Shown: positions 1 to 13,344 of the stretch, piece after piece
Layout: each line of letters opens with the position of its first letter
Numbering within the stretch: the first letter of the stretch is position 1
NCBI RefSeq assembly: GCF_020745735.1
Contig: NW_026867529.1
Span: forward strand, 1 to 64,000
DNA length: 64,000 nucleotides
DNA from: Hemiscyllium ocellatum
Taxonomy: Eukaryota
Reading direction: 5' to 3'
Program-made: the position numbers and the translations under genes
The notes under the pieces: model-generated
The model's database searches: none
Told to the model about the DNA's origin: nothing
The model's input: the letters and a program-made list of their open reading frames with translations, nothing else

Positions 1-1620
1 CTGGCACATTCGACGTGTAACTGAGCTAAGGTTCTACCTGGTCAGTGCCATGAAAATGAGGCACTGCTGGTGACAATTTCTGTCCTTCTTGGCATTGTGG
101 ATACTGTCCCACCAACATGGCTGCATCGGCATCCAATTCTGGCTATCAGACATAACCTCTCACCAACATCTTCATTTTGGAAATCATAGGATGCGTCTGG
201 TGGAGTTTAACTGGTATCTGACAATGACCTTTGTCTGTAACAAACACGCTTGCTCCCCACATAAGCGTGCCATCTTCAACAGTCATCTGGTCTTGCCAGC
301 TCCAGAAAGAATTCCATCCTGGTTATGATGATTGTCATCAGTTTCGAACACCACCAGTGGTTCTTGTTTCGCCAGGACAGGAAATTCTTGTATCTACAGT
401 GTGATATTGTCAGAGATGAGCAGAAAGGATGCAGAACGGTTAAAACTAAAATGAACTCTTCCTTTGGTGGCACGCGCCATGGTGACTTCCGGCATTAACC
501 AGTTGACTGCAGATATGGGGTTCCTAGTTGTAAATCCATGCACTCAGAATAAGAGCTCACTTCTGAATTTAACCTCAAGCTGGAAGTGGGATAGCCCTGC
601 CTTCTTCAAGTAGCTCTACCAGGGCTTTGTGCTGCATTACTACATCAAAGGTATGTGCAGGAACCTATTGGTTGAACGTTCTCACACAAAAGGTTACTGC
701 CAAACACTCCATCTCCATCTGGATGCATTTTCATTCAGCATCAGCCAAACTCTGGGAAGCAAGTACGACCAGGCAATCCCTTCTGTCGGTGAGGTAGCAG
801 TGACTGGGTAGCAGTAACTGGATACCAGATGGTGATGCTTTGTACTTCAGTACCACATCTGACTGGAGATCATTCTCTGCCAAGGCATTAAATGATGATA
901 GCTGCTTTTTCAATTCCCATAAGGGTTCTTCTTGGCGATGTGAATATTTGCAAAGCAGGCCCTTCTCAATAGAAAATCTCAGCTGCCAAAATGGAGGCCA
1001 GGTGATTACACAATTTTCTCCGTATTAATTCACCAACCAAAGGAAAGACTGAAGCTCCAATGCAGACATAGGAGCCGATAAACCCTTGGTTGTCCTTGCT
1101 TTATCTTTCAATCTGTCTTACCCACTTGTCCATGCAGTAGCTCAATTACGTCACTTGGGGTGTCTTGGAACACATTTTCTTCCTTACTAAGGTCTTGGAC
1201 AAACATTAAATGTTCTTTATTGATCTTCTAGTGATTAGAAAATCTTCATAGAAATAGGGACCATGGGTAGACCTTGTAAACAGTTCTCGGCTATTCACTG
1301 GAACGATTCATTGGCTGATGACATCCCAAAACAAAGGCAGTCAAATGCAGTGGTTACACCCTTTATGGGTATTAACTGTAGCATATTTATGGGAATCCTC
1401 ATTGAAGCATAATGCTACATTCATATGACACATATCCAGCTTTGTAAAGGACAAGGCATCTGCGGTTTTCCAGACAAGTCCTCAATGTGATGAATCAGTT
1501 ATATACCTGGCTTCAAAAATTCCCTCATTGATTCTTTAAAATCTCCACATTGGCAAATTGACACATAATGGGTTCGAACAGCACGGCACATAGGGCACAC
1601 TGCAGTGGTTTGGTCATAAT
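1..1620 (-). mobile_element. Gypsy/Ty3 LTR-retrotransposon pol remnant (array copy 1)
   Basis: Colinear homology with 7080-8560, which carries recognisable RT, RNase H and integrase motifs. Confidence 0.7.
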
Positions 1621-2199
1621 GGGTTCTCTGTTCGACAACACTCTACAGGCCATTCCAAATGTGGTCTTGGCTTGTTCCTCATACCAAATGCACTATTTTG
1701 CGTGTATCAAAATTATACTCTGTCTAACACTCCTTACAAACCATGCACCCTATTTTCTCAACCAAATTGTTTACATAAATGACAAATGGCATTGGACACA
1801 TCACCAATTCATATATTCATCACAAGCCTCCAGTCTGATAACCAACACCCAGTCTGTGCAACACACTCATCCAAATAGGCATAGTACTCTACTCTTCCAA
1901 AACAGAAACACAAGCTGCTTTCACTTTATAAAACAAAATAAAGACACTTTTCCTTGAGGGAAAAACAGAAGGAAATAAACAATTAAAACTTGGCTCTCCC
2001 TGTGTCCACCAACCACTCCTGGGCATGGGTCACACAGTGCCAAAATAAAATAAAGTCAAGGTTGTCAAATAAAACAAACAACAAATGAGCAGCTCAAATT
2101 AGCGGTCATCTTAACACAAAATCTTAGCTTGCTCTCTCTCATGGATTTTGTCTGACCCGCTGTAATCTCCAGCATTTGTTCATTTCAACAAAAATTATG

Positions 2200-5100
2200 T
2201 TAAAAATCACCTCTCTCTGCTCTGTCAATATTGAACATTCCTCAGGAGTGTATCTGGGAATGGTTAAAAATCCAGAGGAAGGACAACTGCTCATTTCAAC
2301 TAAAAACAATGTACTGCTTACACTGACTACCATCAAGGGTTTCTGGTTAGCGACATTGCAGGACTTCAATACAAGCCCCCTCGGTCTAAAAGTGGGCAGC
2401 TTATCTGAGGTGAGGTCCTGCAGTGAGGTAGATTCAGAGCTGTTTTGTGGTGATGATATCGCCCTACTCCACACTGGGTCAGAGGCAGAATGGGTCAGTG
2501 TTGAAACCATTTGTCTTGAAAACGACTCACACATTGTTCTGGACCAGGTGAGGGATGGTGACAAGTTTCATGATGCAACTAAATCAGAGAAGAACGCTCC
2601 ACATATGCTTCCTGTTTGACGGTGTCAAAGGACTTTGAAAGTTCTAAGAGCATCGTATAGAACAGTAAAAATCATGTCCTTTGTTCCCGTCTGGGGCTGA
2701 AGAACACAGACATTCCTAAGGTACAGGCAGGAGAGAGTTGACAAGGACCTTGGTGATACGTTTTCCAATGGTCGACATCAGGGAGATTTTGCTGTAGTCA
2801 GCACAGTCTCACGCGTTTTCTTGTGAAAACACTCACAACTGTGGCATTTGGGAGCTCTCCAGGGATGCTCTCCTTCTTCCAGATAAGGCAGACAAGGGCA
2901 TGCAGCTGCATTGGGAGCTCAGTGCCCATCCACCTCAATGCCTCAGGGGGAATACCTATTGCACCTGTAGCCTCATAAAAAGAAACTCAAGTCAATCAAA
3001 GAAAACAAACAATAAATGAACAGCTCTGCTGAGGAGTCATCTCAACTCTATATCCTAGCTTGCTCTCTCTCTCATGGATGCTGTCTGACCTGCAGTAATT
3101 TCCAGCATTTGGTTTTTTCAAAGAATAAACCGTCTCTGTTATGTCGCTATTGAACACTCCTGGGAAAAGAACAACAATGGGTTGCAATCCAGAGGAAGTA
3201 CACCTGCTCATTTCAACTGAAAATAATTTATCACTCACACTGAACCCCATCAAGTGTTTTTGGGACAACAACAGTGCAGGACTAAAACAAAAGCCCCCTT
3301 GAAGTAAATGTGGGCAGCTTGTCGGTGGAGTGGTCCTGCAGCAACTTAGGTTCAGGAGTGTTGTGGTGATGACACAGCCCTGCTCGCCACCAGTTCAAAG
3401 GGGCAAAGGGCAGGTGTTGAAGCCATGTCATGATGATGACATCTGTCATTGTGGACCAGGAGAAGGGTGGTGACAAATTTCATGCTGTAACTAAAATGGT
3501 GAAGAACACTTCAAAAATGCTTCCTGATTGATGGTGTCAAACGCCTTTGTAAGGTCGAAGAATGCGATATGCAGCAGTGAAAATCACGTCCATTGTGCTC
3601 CTCTGTGACAGAAAGCGATACTGAGTCTCCGGGAGGAGTTCCTCAGGCACTGGGATGAGAGAGTTGAACAGGAGAGTTATATTTACTGAGGTTCACTGGG
3701 TGACTACGTTCCAATCACTACCTCCATCCTCCTCTAAGCCCTGGGACATGGGCCCATTCTCTTTCCTGTCACTTTCCTGAGTCATCTTCCCACTCGGTCC
3801 ACTTCCTCAGACTCTGGCTTGACCAATGGTGCCATGTGGCCCACTTCTTGCGTCTCAGAAAAGATTTATCTTCTTCTGCTGGTGGGTGAAGGTGTCAAGG
3901 CCGAGACATCTGCCATCTGTCCATCTCGCCCTCAGAAGTTTCTTCCACACTGGGCAGACTGGGAGAACCCACAGGTTCGGACAGCCCGTGCCAGATGTTC
4001 TGAGGGGCTGGGTATGCTTTCTTGACAGGCTTACCAACCTGGATGGGAAATTTCAGGGATCAATGTTCATGGCCACCAAGATATTCTGCCAACCCCTAGG
4101 TCTCTCTGTTCGACAACACTCCACACGCCCTACTATGAACTGTGAAAGTCTTGTCCTGTCCCTTTAACCAAAGTGCAACATATTGCATTTATTAAAATTA
4201 AACTTGACCTGCCATTTCTCACAAACCATGCATCCTATATTCTCATTGAAATCTTTTACTTAAATGAAAAATGGCATTGGACCCGCATCCATTCCTGTAT
4301 TCACCACAGGCCTCCAGCCTGAAAAACATCCCTCACTGCCTGCAACAGACGTTCCCAGATCAGGCACCACATTGCGGCATACACACTGCTTTTAAAACAG
4401 AAACTGAACCTGCTTTCAATTTCTAAAATAAAACAAAACATACTATTCCTCTGGGCAAAGTCAGAAGGAAATAAACAATCTCAAACTGGCTCTCCCTGGC
4501 CTCAGTCCCCACCAAGCACTCGTGGGCAGGGGCCACAAGGGGCCAATATAAAACTAACCTCAAGCAAATCACAGAAAGCAAACAATAAATGAACAGCTCT
4601 GATGAGGAGACATCTCGACACTAAAACTTAGCTTGCTCTCTCTCATGGATGCTGTCTGACCCACTGTGATCTCCAGCATTTGCTCTTTTCAATGAAATAA
4701 AAAATGCTCTCTGCTTTGTTGCTATGGAACACTCCTGGGAAAGGAACAATACTTGTTAAAACCCAGAGGTCCTGCAACTGCTCACAGACTAGATTACTTA
4801 CAGTGTAGAAATAGGCACTTCGGCCCAACAAGCCCACACCGACCCTCCAAAGAGCAACCCGCCCATAACCATTCCTCGACATTTACCCCCTCAACAAATA
4901 CGACTGGCAATTTAGAATGGCCACTTCACCTAACCTGCACATTTTTGGTCTGTGGGAGGAAACTGGAACACACAGAGGAAACCCATGCAGGGAGAATGTG
5001 CAAACTCCACACAGACAGTTGCCTGAGGCAGGAATAGAACCCAGGTCTCTGGCGCTGTGAGGCAGCATTGCTAACCACTGTGCCGCCCACTTCAAAGAAA

Positions 5101-6360
5101 AGTATCTGAACCCTCATACTGAAGTCCAACAAGAGCTTCTGGGACAGCGAAAATGCAGGACGACAATAAAAACCATCTGGGCTCAAACTGGGCAGATTGT
5201 CGGCAATGACACCCTGCAGCGAGGTCGATTCAGGACAGTGTTGAGTTGATGACACAGCCCTGCTCAACTGGGTAGGTGTTGGAGCCGTTTGTCATTACGA
5301 TTACATGCATCCATTTGCGGAAGTGTCGAAGGATGGTTACAAACTTCAAGCTGCAACTAAGTGGAGAAGAATGTTCCACAAATGCTTCCCAACTGATGGT
5401 GTCAAAGGCCTTTATTAGGTTCAAGAGGGACATATACAGCAGTGAAAACCATGTCCATTGTGCTCGATTATGGTTGACTGACGCTGAGACTCTGGGAGGA
5501 GTTCCTCAGCCACAGGGAAGAGACAGTTGGTGATGAGTTTCCAGTGGTCAGCATCAGGGATGTTCCCCTGTGGTTACAACAGTCTGACATGTTGCCATTT
5601 TTGAAAGCACTAATGACATTGTCACCTGGGAGCTCTCCTGAGGTGCCCTCCTCCTTCCAGATCATTCAGGCAAGGGAATTCAACTGCATTGGGAGCTCAA
5701 TACCTCACACATCAATGCCTCACGGGAAGGGCCATTTGCAGCTGTCGTCTTCTTCATCTGGTGGATGGCCATCTCTGTTCCATCCAAGACATGGTAAAGC
5801 TGAGCTCCTTGCGTGTAATATGCTGGGCGAAGCAAGTCAACAATGTTCACATGCACACTGCGTGATACTTCAGCGAGACTTTACAGAGCTGGAAACTCGA
5901 GTGAGCAGAACTCCTAATACATCTGTCTGCCTGGACTGCCCTGATTGGGGCAGTTAACCTGTTCCAGTCTGGGAAATCATATTCAGTGAGGTCCACCTCA
6001 CTGACCTCATTTCAATCACTACCTTTCTCCCCATCACAGTCCTGAGAAAAAGGCCCATTCTGTTTGATGTTGCCTCTCCTGGGGCATGCTTACACCAGAT
6101 TTGGTTCCACGGAATCTGGCGCAGATACTGCTGGCATGTACGGTACTGCGGCCTACCTCTTACCCATTGAGCATCTCAGCAGGAATTCATCTTTTTCTGC
6201 TGGTGGTAATGGCATCAAGGCTGCGACATCTGCCATGTCCATCTTGCCCTCAGAGGTTTCTTGGACACAGGGAGGACAGGGAGAACCCACAGTTTCTGGC
6301 AGCCTGTTGGATGTTTCGAGTGGCTGGGTATGTTTTCTTCCTGCCCCACTTTTGATGTTA
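2200..6360 (-). mobile_element. Three tandem RTE-clade LINE RT remnants (about 2200-2960, 3125-4110, 4700-6360)
   Basis: LNLIKAFDTISWEAF...KFVTILR...MTNGS...EQGCVI and LTSDKLPT resemble RTE RT motifs; the same segment repeats with spacers. Confidence 0.65.
4785..5088 (-). mobile_element. tRNA-derived SINE (HE1-like)
   Basis: Head GGGCGGCACAGTGGTTAGCAATGCTGCCTCACAGCGCC, B-box-like GGGTTCTATTCC, LINE-like tail; interrupts only this copy of the RTE unit. Confidence 0.85.
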
Positions 6361-6379
6361 TAGCTATCAGTTGACACAA

Positions 6380-8770
6380 ATACTGATTCAGGATTACCTC
6401 TCTGCCTTGAGAAGTGTACAGCATTCGATCATGCCTCTTACGCATGCATGGTAATTCCAATTGTTGTAACAGCAAATTGTGTCTCCTGGACTAAACTGCC
6501 TCTCTCGTATAGAAATGTCTTCCGGCCAGCATTGGTGTTCATGACACCTTTTCACACACTCCACAAGGTGGAAGAACATCAGATTTAATCTGGAGTGGAG
6601 TCTTCTCTGCAATACCAATGCTTCTGTTGCTGTATTTGTGTGAGTGCTGGTTCTATAATCAATCACAAATTGGGACACTTGTGTATTGACTAAAGTTGCA
6701 GGCTGTATCTTTAAACTTTCTTTCAATGTTTGGACTGCTCTTTCCCCCAGACTATCAGACAACAGATGCAGCTGTCCTTACATGCTGAATATCATTCCAC
6801 TTTAAGAAAGACACAAGGCTCCCTCCTGCTAAATGATGGCCTGCTAGCTGGGACCAGCATGTCCAGTTTCTGTGTACTGTAAAAGACCCTCACAACTTTT
6901 CAACTGTCATCTCCACATTTGACAAATGCACGACATGCACATCCAACCACATTGTGTGTACACAATGATTAAATGGATAACCACCATGAAAGCACTGGCA
7001 CAGTTGACATGCAAATGAGTCCAGGTGTTACCTGACCAGTTCTATGGATGTGGTGCAGCTGCTGGTGGCAATCTTTGTCTTTGTTGGTACCCTAGCCATT
7101 GACCCACAAACATGGCTGCATCGGCATCTGATCCCGGCCACCAGACAAAACATCTTGTCAACACCTTCATTTTGGAAATCACAGGATGACCCTGGTGGAG
7201 TTCAGCCAGTATCTGACAGTGACCTTTGCTTGGGACAAACACACTTGCTCCCCGTATTACTATGCCATTCTCAATGGACATCTAGTCTCACCAAGTCCAG
7301 AAAGGATTTAATTCTGGTTGTGATGCCCCTTTCATTTCCAACACCACCAGCTGTTTGTGATTCACCAGGAAGGGATCTTTTTGTACCCACAGTCTGATAT
7401 GGTCAGAGATGATGGGAAGCATGCCCACAATGTTTAAAAACAGAACAGACTTTTTCACTGCTGGCACCCACCATCGTGTATCCACCAGAGGGAGTAGGCT
7501 TCACGCAACTGCATTTAACACATGATTGCTCACACAGGTTTCTGAGGGTTTATGCACTCAGCATGACAGCTCACTGAATCTGACCTGAAGCTTGAGGTGT
7601 GACGGCCCTGACATCATCAGGTCTCCCTGGCAGCAGTTTGTGGTCCATTTATGTTTCAAATTGATGTACTCAAAGGTATTGGTGGAACTTTCTCACACAA
7701 AGGATTACCACCAAACCTTCCTTCTCTATCTGGACATGTCTTCATTTGACATTAGTCAAAGTTTGAGAAACATATACCATGTCTGCCAAGACATCAGTGA
7801 GCCAGCAGTCACCTCAAACTGTATTGGGAGGCATCACATGACAGCACTACAACTCACTGGGGACTATTGTGTGCCAACACTATCTACAATACCTGCTTTT
7901 TCACTTCCCTAAAGATTACTTCTGGGCGATGATATCATTTGCAATGCTGATCATTTCTGAATAGCAAATCCAAGCTGCCAAGATGGAAGCCAGGCCATTA
8001 CAGAAGCATCCATGATATTTCACCAAACCAAGGTAAGATCGAAGCTCTGCTGGATACCAGGGCACCCTTGATTGACCTCACTTAATTTTCCAATGTGTTT
8101 AACCTGGTCTTGATAATGCTATAGCTCAAGGAGGTCACTTGGGATGCCTTGGAATACACATTTTTCCTCCTAAGACCCTGGTGAACCATTTAATTGCTGT
8201 GCACAATCTCTCAAAATCCTCTTCCCAGTTATTCGTACATCATTGATGACGACCGTATCCTGGAATACACTTTGTGAAATGTTCTCCATTGTTCACTGGA
8301 CAATTTCACAGGCTGATGATATCCCAACACAAAAAGCAGTATTGGATATTGGTAATTGTAGCATATTTATGGGAATCTTCATCAAATCACAATGGCAGTT
8401 TCACATGGCTCATATCCAGCTTCATGAAGTACAAAGCCAATAAAGCTTTGCATTTAAGTCCTCAATGTGATGGATCGGTTATTTATCTGGCTGCAAAATA
8501 CAGATCACTGTATCATCACTGTTTCATCAAAATCTCCACAAAGGCAAACTGACCCACAATGGCGATGACCATGACAGTGGATACAGTAAATATAATGGTT
8601 TTATTATTGTTTCACTTTCCAGCCTCATGAATGCTGCCTCTACATTTGCACGCACATCATGTGGTACTGGTTGTGTGGACTCAACAGGCCAAATGGCCGG
8701 CTTCCGCATTATAGAGGTTCTATCAAACCTTAGGTTGCTCTTCGGCAATTCTCCAGATGCCTTACCATTA
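6380..8770 (-). mobile_element. Gypsy/Ty3 pol remnant, RT-RNaseH-IN (array copy 2)
   Basis: ILAELHQGHPVISKMKVLTRCFVWWPG (integrase zinc finger), ERAVQTLKESLK...DYRTSTH (integrase core end), IISDH (RNase H), RANVEAAFMRLESETIIKP (RT start); RT-RH-IN order. Confidence 0.85.
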
Positions 8771-10940
8771 ACTGTGAAAGTCTTGCCTTGTCCAGCTAAG
8801 CAAAATGGAACATCTCACATTTATTAAAACTAAACTCCATCTGGCCCACTTGATCAGGATACATTTGGAATCTTTGATCACCTACTTCACTGTCCACTAT
8901 ACAGCAAACTTGGTGACATCTGCAAAATCACTAAACACAGAGTTACAGAGATGTATTACATGGAAACAGGCTCTTCAGCCCAACTCAATATGCCAACCAC
9001 ATATTCTAAATGTATCCAGTCCCACTTGCCAGCACTTGGCTCATATCCATCAAAACTCTTGCTGTTCGTATTTCCATCCTGATGCCTTTTAAATATTGCA
9101 GTTGTACCAGCCTCCACCACATCCTCTGGCAGCTTGTTTCATACGTGCAACCATGTTTCCTATATTCTCAATGCTAATCCATTTACAAAAATGACAAATG
9201 GCAATGGACCCAGTGCCAGTTCTCTTATTCATCACAGGTCTCCAGTTTGATCAACAATCCTCCACTCTTCTAAAACCAAAGATGTAAAAGGAAAGAAACC
9301 AAGAACACCTGATATTTCCTGCATCAGATAATCCCAAGACAGGCACAGCACCAGGTGAAACACTCTGCTCTTTCAAGACTAGGTGGGGCCCAATGTTGGA
9401 GTGGGTTCAACAAAGCTAAAAATCGCTCAACACATTATCATCCACCATGTTCATTTGGAAGAACTACCAGCAGCGTTCCAAAAAAATAGAATTTCCAAAC
9501 AAACATTTGGATGAACCTGGTGATTTTTTTAAACTCTGCTACTTCAAAACAAGAATTAAAGCAACTATCAGTGTGTCAACCAAAAATGAAGACACAATGA
9601 CTCTAGGGAACGGCAAAAACAAACACACACACAAAAATTGGCTCACTGTTGACAATGTCTGCAACAACCAGTTTTAGGCAGTGGCCAAACGGGGGCCAAA
9701 ATAAAAATAAACTCAAGCAAATATAAGAAAACAAACGATAAATGAACAGCTCTGATGAGGAGTCAGCTAGACTCAAAGTCTTAGCTTGCTCTCTCTCTCA
9801 TGGATGCTGTCTGACCTGTTGCAACCTCCAGCATTTATTCTTTTCAACTGAATAAATGAATCCTCTCTGCGCTGTCATGATTGAACACTCCATGGAAAGG
9901 AACAATGATGCATAAAATCGAGAGGAAGTACAGCTGTACATAACTTACAGCTCACACTGATCCCCATCAAGAGCTTCTGGGACAGCGACAATGTAGGACT
10001 ACAATTAAAGTCCCCTTGGGTCAACAGTTGTCAGCTTGTCGGCATTGAGATCCTGCAGCAATAGTTTCAGAACAGTGTTCAGGTGATGACTTGGCCCTGT
10101 TCGACACTGGTTCAGAGGGGGAAATGGGCAGGTGTTGACCCTGTTTGCCATTATAATGATTTACACTTTGTTGTGGATCAGACCAAAGACCACAACTAAA
10201 TTGGAGAAGAACACTTCACAAATGCTTCTCAATTAATTGTGTCAAAGGGCTTTGTAAGCTCCATGAGGGTCCAAGACAGCAGTGAAAAACATGTCCATTG
10301 TAACTTTCTGGGGCCAAAGCCACACTGAGACTCCAGAGAGGAGTTCCTCAAACGCAGGGAGGAGCCACTTGAAAAGGACCTTGGCGATGAGTTTTTCCAA
10401 TGGTCGACATCAGGGATTTTACCTTGCAGTTACCACAATTTGACATGTTCACTTTGTTGACAAAGCTAATAACTTTGGCATTTGCGACCGACCCCCCTCC
10501 CCCGCCACCCACCCCCGATGAAGGGCTTATGCCCAAAACGTTGAATTTCCTGTTCCTTGGACGCTGCCTGACCTGCTGCGCTTTTCCACTAACACATTTT
10601 CAGCTCTGATCCCCAGCATCTGCAGACCTCATTTTTTCCTCAGACTCTAGCTTGGTTACTGTCGCCACGTGCTGGACTGTCAACCACCATTTGCATCTCA
10701 GCAGAAATGTGTCTTCTTCTGAGGTTGGTAATGACATCAAGGCTGCCACATTTGCCCTCAAATCTTCTACACTGGCAGGATGAGGAGAACCCACAGGCAA
10801 GAACATCCTTGCCACATGTTCTGAGGAGCTGGTTATGCCGTGCTCTTGGCCACTTGCGGGTTACAGCTATCATGAGATCCTCACATTTGTTCAGGACCGC
10901 CTCTCCGACATCATGGGACCTGCCCTTAACTTCGACCATG

Positions 10941-11155
10941 AGCTGAAAAATGTGTTGCTGGAAAAGCGCAGCAGGTCAGGCAGCATCCAAGAAGCAGGAG
11001 AATTGACGTTTCGGGCATAAGCCCTTCTTCATTACTGATTCCTGAAGAAGGATTATGTCCGAAACGTCAATTCTCCTGCTCCTTGGATGCTGCCTGACCT
11101 GCTGCGCTTTTTCAGCTCTGATCTCCAGCATCTGCAGTCCTCACTTTCTCCTTTT
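10941..11155. mobile_element. Hairpin insertion of two head-to-head Penelope termini with hammerhead motifs
   Basis: Inverted arms about 10941-11031 and 11043-11118; TSD ACTTCGACCATG at 10929-10940 and 11156-11167. Confidence 0.8.
11042..11068 (+). ncRNA. Minimal type I hammerhead ribozyme motif
   Basis: CTGAAGA-A-GGA TTATG TCC-GAAAC-GTC: core nucleotides and GUC triplet intact; stem I pairing poor. Confidence 0.6.
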
Positions 11156-12469
11156 ACTTCGACCATGCCCCTTCCCCATGCATGCCATTCCAATGGTTTA
11201 AACAGCACATTTTGTCCAATGTAGTAAACTGCCTCACGCGCAAAGAGGAGTTTTGTGGCCGGCATTGAATTTCCTGATGCAGTTGAACATTCACATTCAT
11301 ATTCACATTCCAATCCTTTACCGAAATGAAAAATGGCATTACACCCAGTACCAATCCCTGCATTTGTCACAGGCCTCCAGTCTGCAAAACAACCCTCCAT
11401 TCTTTTCAAACCAAAGATGCAAATGAAAAATAAAACCAAGATCCCCTGATACTGCCTGCATCAGACATTCCTGGAACAGACACATCACCAGGAAAAATGG
11501 TGTGCTCATTCAAAACAGAAATTAAACTGCTTTCACTTTGTTTATTTCTTTCTGGCTTTCCACAGAGCAATAGTGCCTTTTTTGTTTAACAAGCAAAAAT
11601 TGGCTTCCCCTGCCCCACCAACCACTTGTGGGCAGGGGCTACAGGGGGCCAAAATAAAAATATACTCAAGCAAATTAAACAACACATGAACAGCTCTTAT
11701 GAGGAGTCATTTGGTCTTGGAATACTAGCTACCCTCTCTCGTGGATGTTCTCTGACCTGCTGTGATCTCCAGCATTTGTTCTTTTCAACCAAATAAAAAA
11801 CTAAACAATTAAACGTTCTGCTCTGTCGTAAATTGAAAACTCCTGGGAAATGAAGAATAACGGTTTAAAATTCAGAGAAAGTACACCTGCACATTTCAAC
11901 TAAAAATAAGATATCACTCACACTGATCCCCACTAAGAGCATCTGGGACAGCAATGGTTCAGAACCACAACTAAAGCCCCCTTGGATCAAACATGGGCAG
12001 CTTGTCGGAAGTGAAGTTGTGCAGCGAGGTAGATTCAGAAGTGTTGCGGTGATGACATACCCTGCTCGACACCGGTTCAGAGGGCGAATGGGTAGGTGTT
12101 GAAGCTGTTTGTCATTTTGATGAATTATACGTCATTGTGGAGCAGGTGAAGGATGGTGACAAACATCATGGTGCAACGAAAGCAACGAAGAACGCTCCAG
12201 AAATGCTTCCCAATTGATGATGTTAAAGGCCTTTTTAAAGATCCCAGAAGGCCATATACTGCAGTGAAAATCATATTCAATGGATCACTCTCTGGCCGAA
12301 AACCGCATTGGGATCCTGGGGGGGCTCAGCCGAGGGGAGGGGAGGTGAGGGGAGGGCGATGCGATACGTGACGTGACGTGACGCGATGTGCAGAGACGCG
12401 AGGCGAGGCGATGCGATGGCATAGTCAAAATATAACTGAATCCAGGTTATATCTGGCCAGTCAATTCTT

Positions 12470-13344
12470 GTCGGTGGAGTTGTGGATAGTGAGGAAGGAA
12501 GTGGTAGGTTACAGCGGGATATAGATAAGTTGCAGAGCTGGGCGGAAATGTGGCAAATGGAATTCAATGTAGCTAAGTGCGAAGTCGTTCACTTTGGTAG
12601 GAATAACAAGATGATGGATTACTGGGCTAATGGTAGGCTACTTGGTAGTGTGGATGAGCAGAGGGATCTTGGTGTCCATGTACACAGATCTCTGAAAGTT
12701 GCCACCCAGGTAAATAGTGCTGTGAGGAAGGCATATGGTGTACTGGGCTTTATTGGCAGAGGAATTGAGTTCCGGAGTCCTGAGGTCATGTTGCAGTTGT
12801 ATAAGACTCTGGTGAGGCCTCATCTGGAGTATTGTGTGCAGTTTTGGTCGCCATACTATAGGAAGGATGTGGAAGCTTTAGAACGAGTGCAGAGGAGGTT
12901 TACCAGGATGTTGCCTGGAATGGTAGGAAAATCTTATGAGGAAAGGCTGAGGCACTTGGGGCTGTTCTCATTGGAGAAGAGAAGGTTTAGGGGAGATCTG
13001 ATAGAAGTGTATAAGATGATTAGGGGTTTAGATAGGGTAGATACTAAGAACCTTTTACCGCTAATGGAGTCAGGTGTTACTAGGGGACATAGCTTTAAAT
13101 TAAGGGGTGGTAGGTATAGGACAGATGTTAGGGGTAGATTCTTCACACAGCGGGTTGTGAGTTCATGGAATGCCCTGCCCGTATCAGTGGTGAACTCTCC
13201 TTCTTTGTGGTCATTTAAGCGGGCATTAGATAGGCATTTGGAAGTTATTGGGCTAGTATAGGTTAGGTAGGATTCGGTCGGCGCAACATCGAGGGCCGAA
13301 GGGCCTGTACTGCGCTGTATCCTTCTATGTTCTATGTTCTATGT
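12470..13344 (+). mobile_element. Young 5'-truncated CR1 LINE (RT C-terminus and 3' UTR)
   Basis: 259-aa ORF 12482-13261 (LQRDIDKLQSWAEMWQMEFN...RGHSFKL), (TTCTATG)n tail. Confidence 0.95.

Larger units (their letters stand above)
9860..12325 (-). mobile_element. RTE-clade LINE remnants (about 9860-10920 and 11810-12325)
   Basis: Homologous to 2200-2700 and 3125-4110. Confidence 0.6.
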
